64,000 bases of DNA from Convolutriloba macropyga. Its lineage: Eukaryota. The number at the start of each line of letters is the position of its first letter. Within the stretch, counting starts at the first letter, position 1. The notes beneath the pieces are model-generated. The model searched no databases, was not told where the DNA came from, and saw only the letters and a list, made by a program, of their open reading frames with translations. Where the stretch lies: NCBI RefSeq assembly GCF_964194025.1, contig NC_134468.1:54932001-54996000 (forward strand), in the 5' to 3' direction. Below, one piece after another: positions 61,379 through 64,000 of the stretch. The translations under genes were made by a program, and so were the position numbers.

Positions 61379-63442
61379 GATTTATGATGCTATCGGAAAA
61401 GCGCCTCCTTCTGTAGCTTCAAATTCATGAGACTTGAGTAGAGCGAGATATTTTGGCGTGCAAATAGTTTAACAGGGTGCCTCTCCACTTTTTCTATCAT
61501 CTCTTGGTGGTGTTGTTATTTATCAACATACGGAACGTTGTATTAACCCGCTTTATGAGCCAAACCCTACTACGTTGGGTTATCTTTTTTGGTCTTTCCC
61601 ATTATACCCCCCCACGAAACTATAGACCCCCTCAATATGGTATAATTACCATGATTAGGGAGTGGGGGCTATAAGTTATCTGACCATTAAGCTAGGGGAC
61701 TATAATGGTAGAGCCCATTTATAGCAATAGCTTTTCCGAATTCAAGGGGGAACTTATGTAGCATGGTAATAGAACCGAATCAAAACATTGAACTTATTAT
61801 ATGAAGCTGACCATTGTATATTCTGTACGCATCCGAGTTGGTTTAACTTCTGGTGTTTTAACTGGACTTAGCTCGAGGCATCTCTATATCCATAATCATT
61901 ATAACCAATACTAATTTCTCACTTCTCTTTTGTATTGTTGAAGTATTAAGCAAATTACTAGTACAGCAGAAAACAAACTTCAACGGCAATTCGTGCTCGA
62001 GCCATTTGCATTGTACTGTTATGTCGAAGTCCTCCGATATGAAATCTGTTAGCCAAATCGCTAATTTTTTGAACTAGCATCCTTACCGAAATGTTTATTT
62101 TCAATTTTCCCGACTTCAAGCTCATTGACACAAAAGTTAACTAATAAGACTAAAACAGGCGAAGTCGTTCTTTGGTCTAAAACTGCTAAACAATTCTGCT
62201 ATTACGCTTTCAGTTCTATGTCAGAAAATTGAAGAACACATCTTCAACTTATCAAAATTTGTCATTTTTAAAACCTTCAAGTTTATATCCATTGCAGTCG
62301 CCAATGACCTAAAAAATATACATTTAACACCTTGATCTGTTCCCAAGTACTAGATTAATTCGTTATTACCTCGCAAAAGCAGGTTTTGGAAGCCTCGAGT
62401 CTTCCATTTTCATAATTTAAAGAAAAATTGCTGTTTTTCTAACAGCATTCTAACATGCTCAAGTGCGCGGCCATGTTGATAATGAAATTTGTAAAGTTCA
62501 CCGTGTACATGAAATTTCGAGAACTCTGATTGGCTGCAATTTTCACGTGACGCGTAACTACAAAGTAGGCCTTTAGAAATATCGAACTGGATATCCTTTA
62601 ATTCAAAATTGGGCAATTTCTGCTTACCCGATGTCCTATTTTTGATGAAAGTTTCCATAGAGGTGGGATATACACTTTTGGAGCACTATGCCAAGAATCA
62701 GTTATTATTTTCCTCTGGTTTTTAAGTTTCAGAGCAAAAATCGGCAAAATTTGAATAAAAATTTGAGATAAAGTAGTAATAATAACGCAAATGTAGTATA
62801 TATGCTACAACAGAAAAGCAGCAAAGCAATTGAACGCCTTGAAGCAAGCTTTACATTCAATTCAAGTTCCAATATCGGAGCTCCGACAGATGGCTTCGAG
62901 TTCTCGTAGCCTTTTGCTAGAAAAGCCGATGAATACAATTATTCAACTGCATGTATGAATTTTGCTTTTATATATTCACACAATTTTAACCGAACAGTAA
63001 TAAATTGAAGCGCAGTAGCGTAACGTGCGTGAAGTATGAAAAGGAGTAAGCAGTATGAATCCTGCTTTGCCTAGCTTGTTCAATTCCTTACTTTTGCTTG
63101 TGCCAGGAAAAGAAAGCAACATTGACTATTTAGCGCTTTTCCGTTCCCTGTAATCTATTAAACTGAAATAATAGGAATACTGCCTAAATTTTCCTTGGAA
63201 ATCAATAGTTTCAAGTCAAGTGAAACAGTAACTGCCTTTGATACAGTTTCTTACTAGCAGATGATAAAAAGTAGGTCAATACGGCGGCCTAAATGCCAGT
63301 GCATAATTTTAGCCCTCTTGTAAAAATTAAAATAGCAACCGAAATATGCCATCTGAAAATAAATACTTTCAACAAAGATCTTGCTCCCTCAAAAATGCCT
63401 ATGAAGACAAGTTCGACCGAAAAAACTCTCATAGAATTTTTT

Positions 63443-63634
63443 GGATCTTTTCCGTTTTGCCCCCCCCCCCCCCCCCCCCGCTTAGCGGGTGCAAATTATT
63501 TGCAACCTCCAAACGCACACGCACGTGCCATATTTGTACATAATGTTTTACTGTGTAATGACACGTGCTCTGTAACTGGGGGTTGCATAACGTATTGGGG
63601 GGGGGGGGGGGGGGGGGGGCAAGCGTAAAAGACC
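63443..63634. mobile_element. MITE with poly-C/poly-G TIRs; related copy at 21592-21713
   Basis: GGATCTTTTCCGTTTTGC(C)n ... (G)nCAAGCGTAAAAGACC; shared internal cacgtg and tgtaactggg. Confidence 0.7.
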
Positions 63635-63898
63635 TAACGGAAACAAAAATTTATCAGTATTGAAAGCTGTCAAATTGTTCAATTGATCAATAGAATCGTT
63701 CATAAATATCATATTAGAACCAAATTTACTGATGACCAGACCCACCCGAGTACTGCTGCGCTAGAAATTACAATTGCTGGGTCTGACCCTCAAAAACTCA
63801 AGTCTGGCCAGAAGCGGATTCGAGTGCAATTGATTCTGAAGAGAGTCAGTTTAGAGCGCCTCCCGGGTCAACGATCATACAACTTTCTTTGATTTCGT

Positions 63899-64000
63899 AC
63901 TAGGTCATATATGATTCTTAGTAATCATACTAGGTCATATATGATTTGTATGAATTCTTGGTAGTCATACAAGGACCATATATGATTTCCTAGAAATCAT
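63899..64000. repeat. Minisatellite (~30-40 bp units) with palindromic core tcatatatga, runs off window end
   Basis: actaggtcatatatgatt repeated. Confidence 0.75.

Overview
AT-rich eukaryotic (invertebrate-like metazoan) genomic DNA. Almost the whole window is one minus-strand, intron-rich BET-family bromodomain gene (BRD4/fs(1)h-like). I reconstructed 17 exons by hand between 60663 and 6914, all with GT-AG boundaries and matching phases. They encode BD1, motif A, BD2, motif B, the ET domain, a SEED-like tract and the start of the long-isoform C-terminal region. A short isoform via intronic stop and polyadenylation is likely. The introns are packed with transposable elements: a decayed Ty1/copia, a near full-length decayed CR1/L2-like LINE with an extra SGNH-like 5' ORF, a second LINE fragment, foldback and Merlin-like MITEs, and roughly 25-30 copies or fragments of two DINE-1/Helentron-type non-autonomous rolling-circle (HINE) families. 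The most novel-looking signal is in the HINEs: every copy I recognised is co-oriented with the host gene, several carry different tRNA-like Pol III cassettes (A box, B box, oligo-T), and some appear to have co-mobilised flanking DNA. Most entries in the ORF track are spurious. All coordinates were read by eye, and repeat boundaries are approximate.
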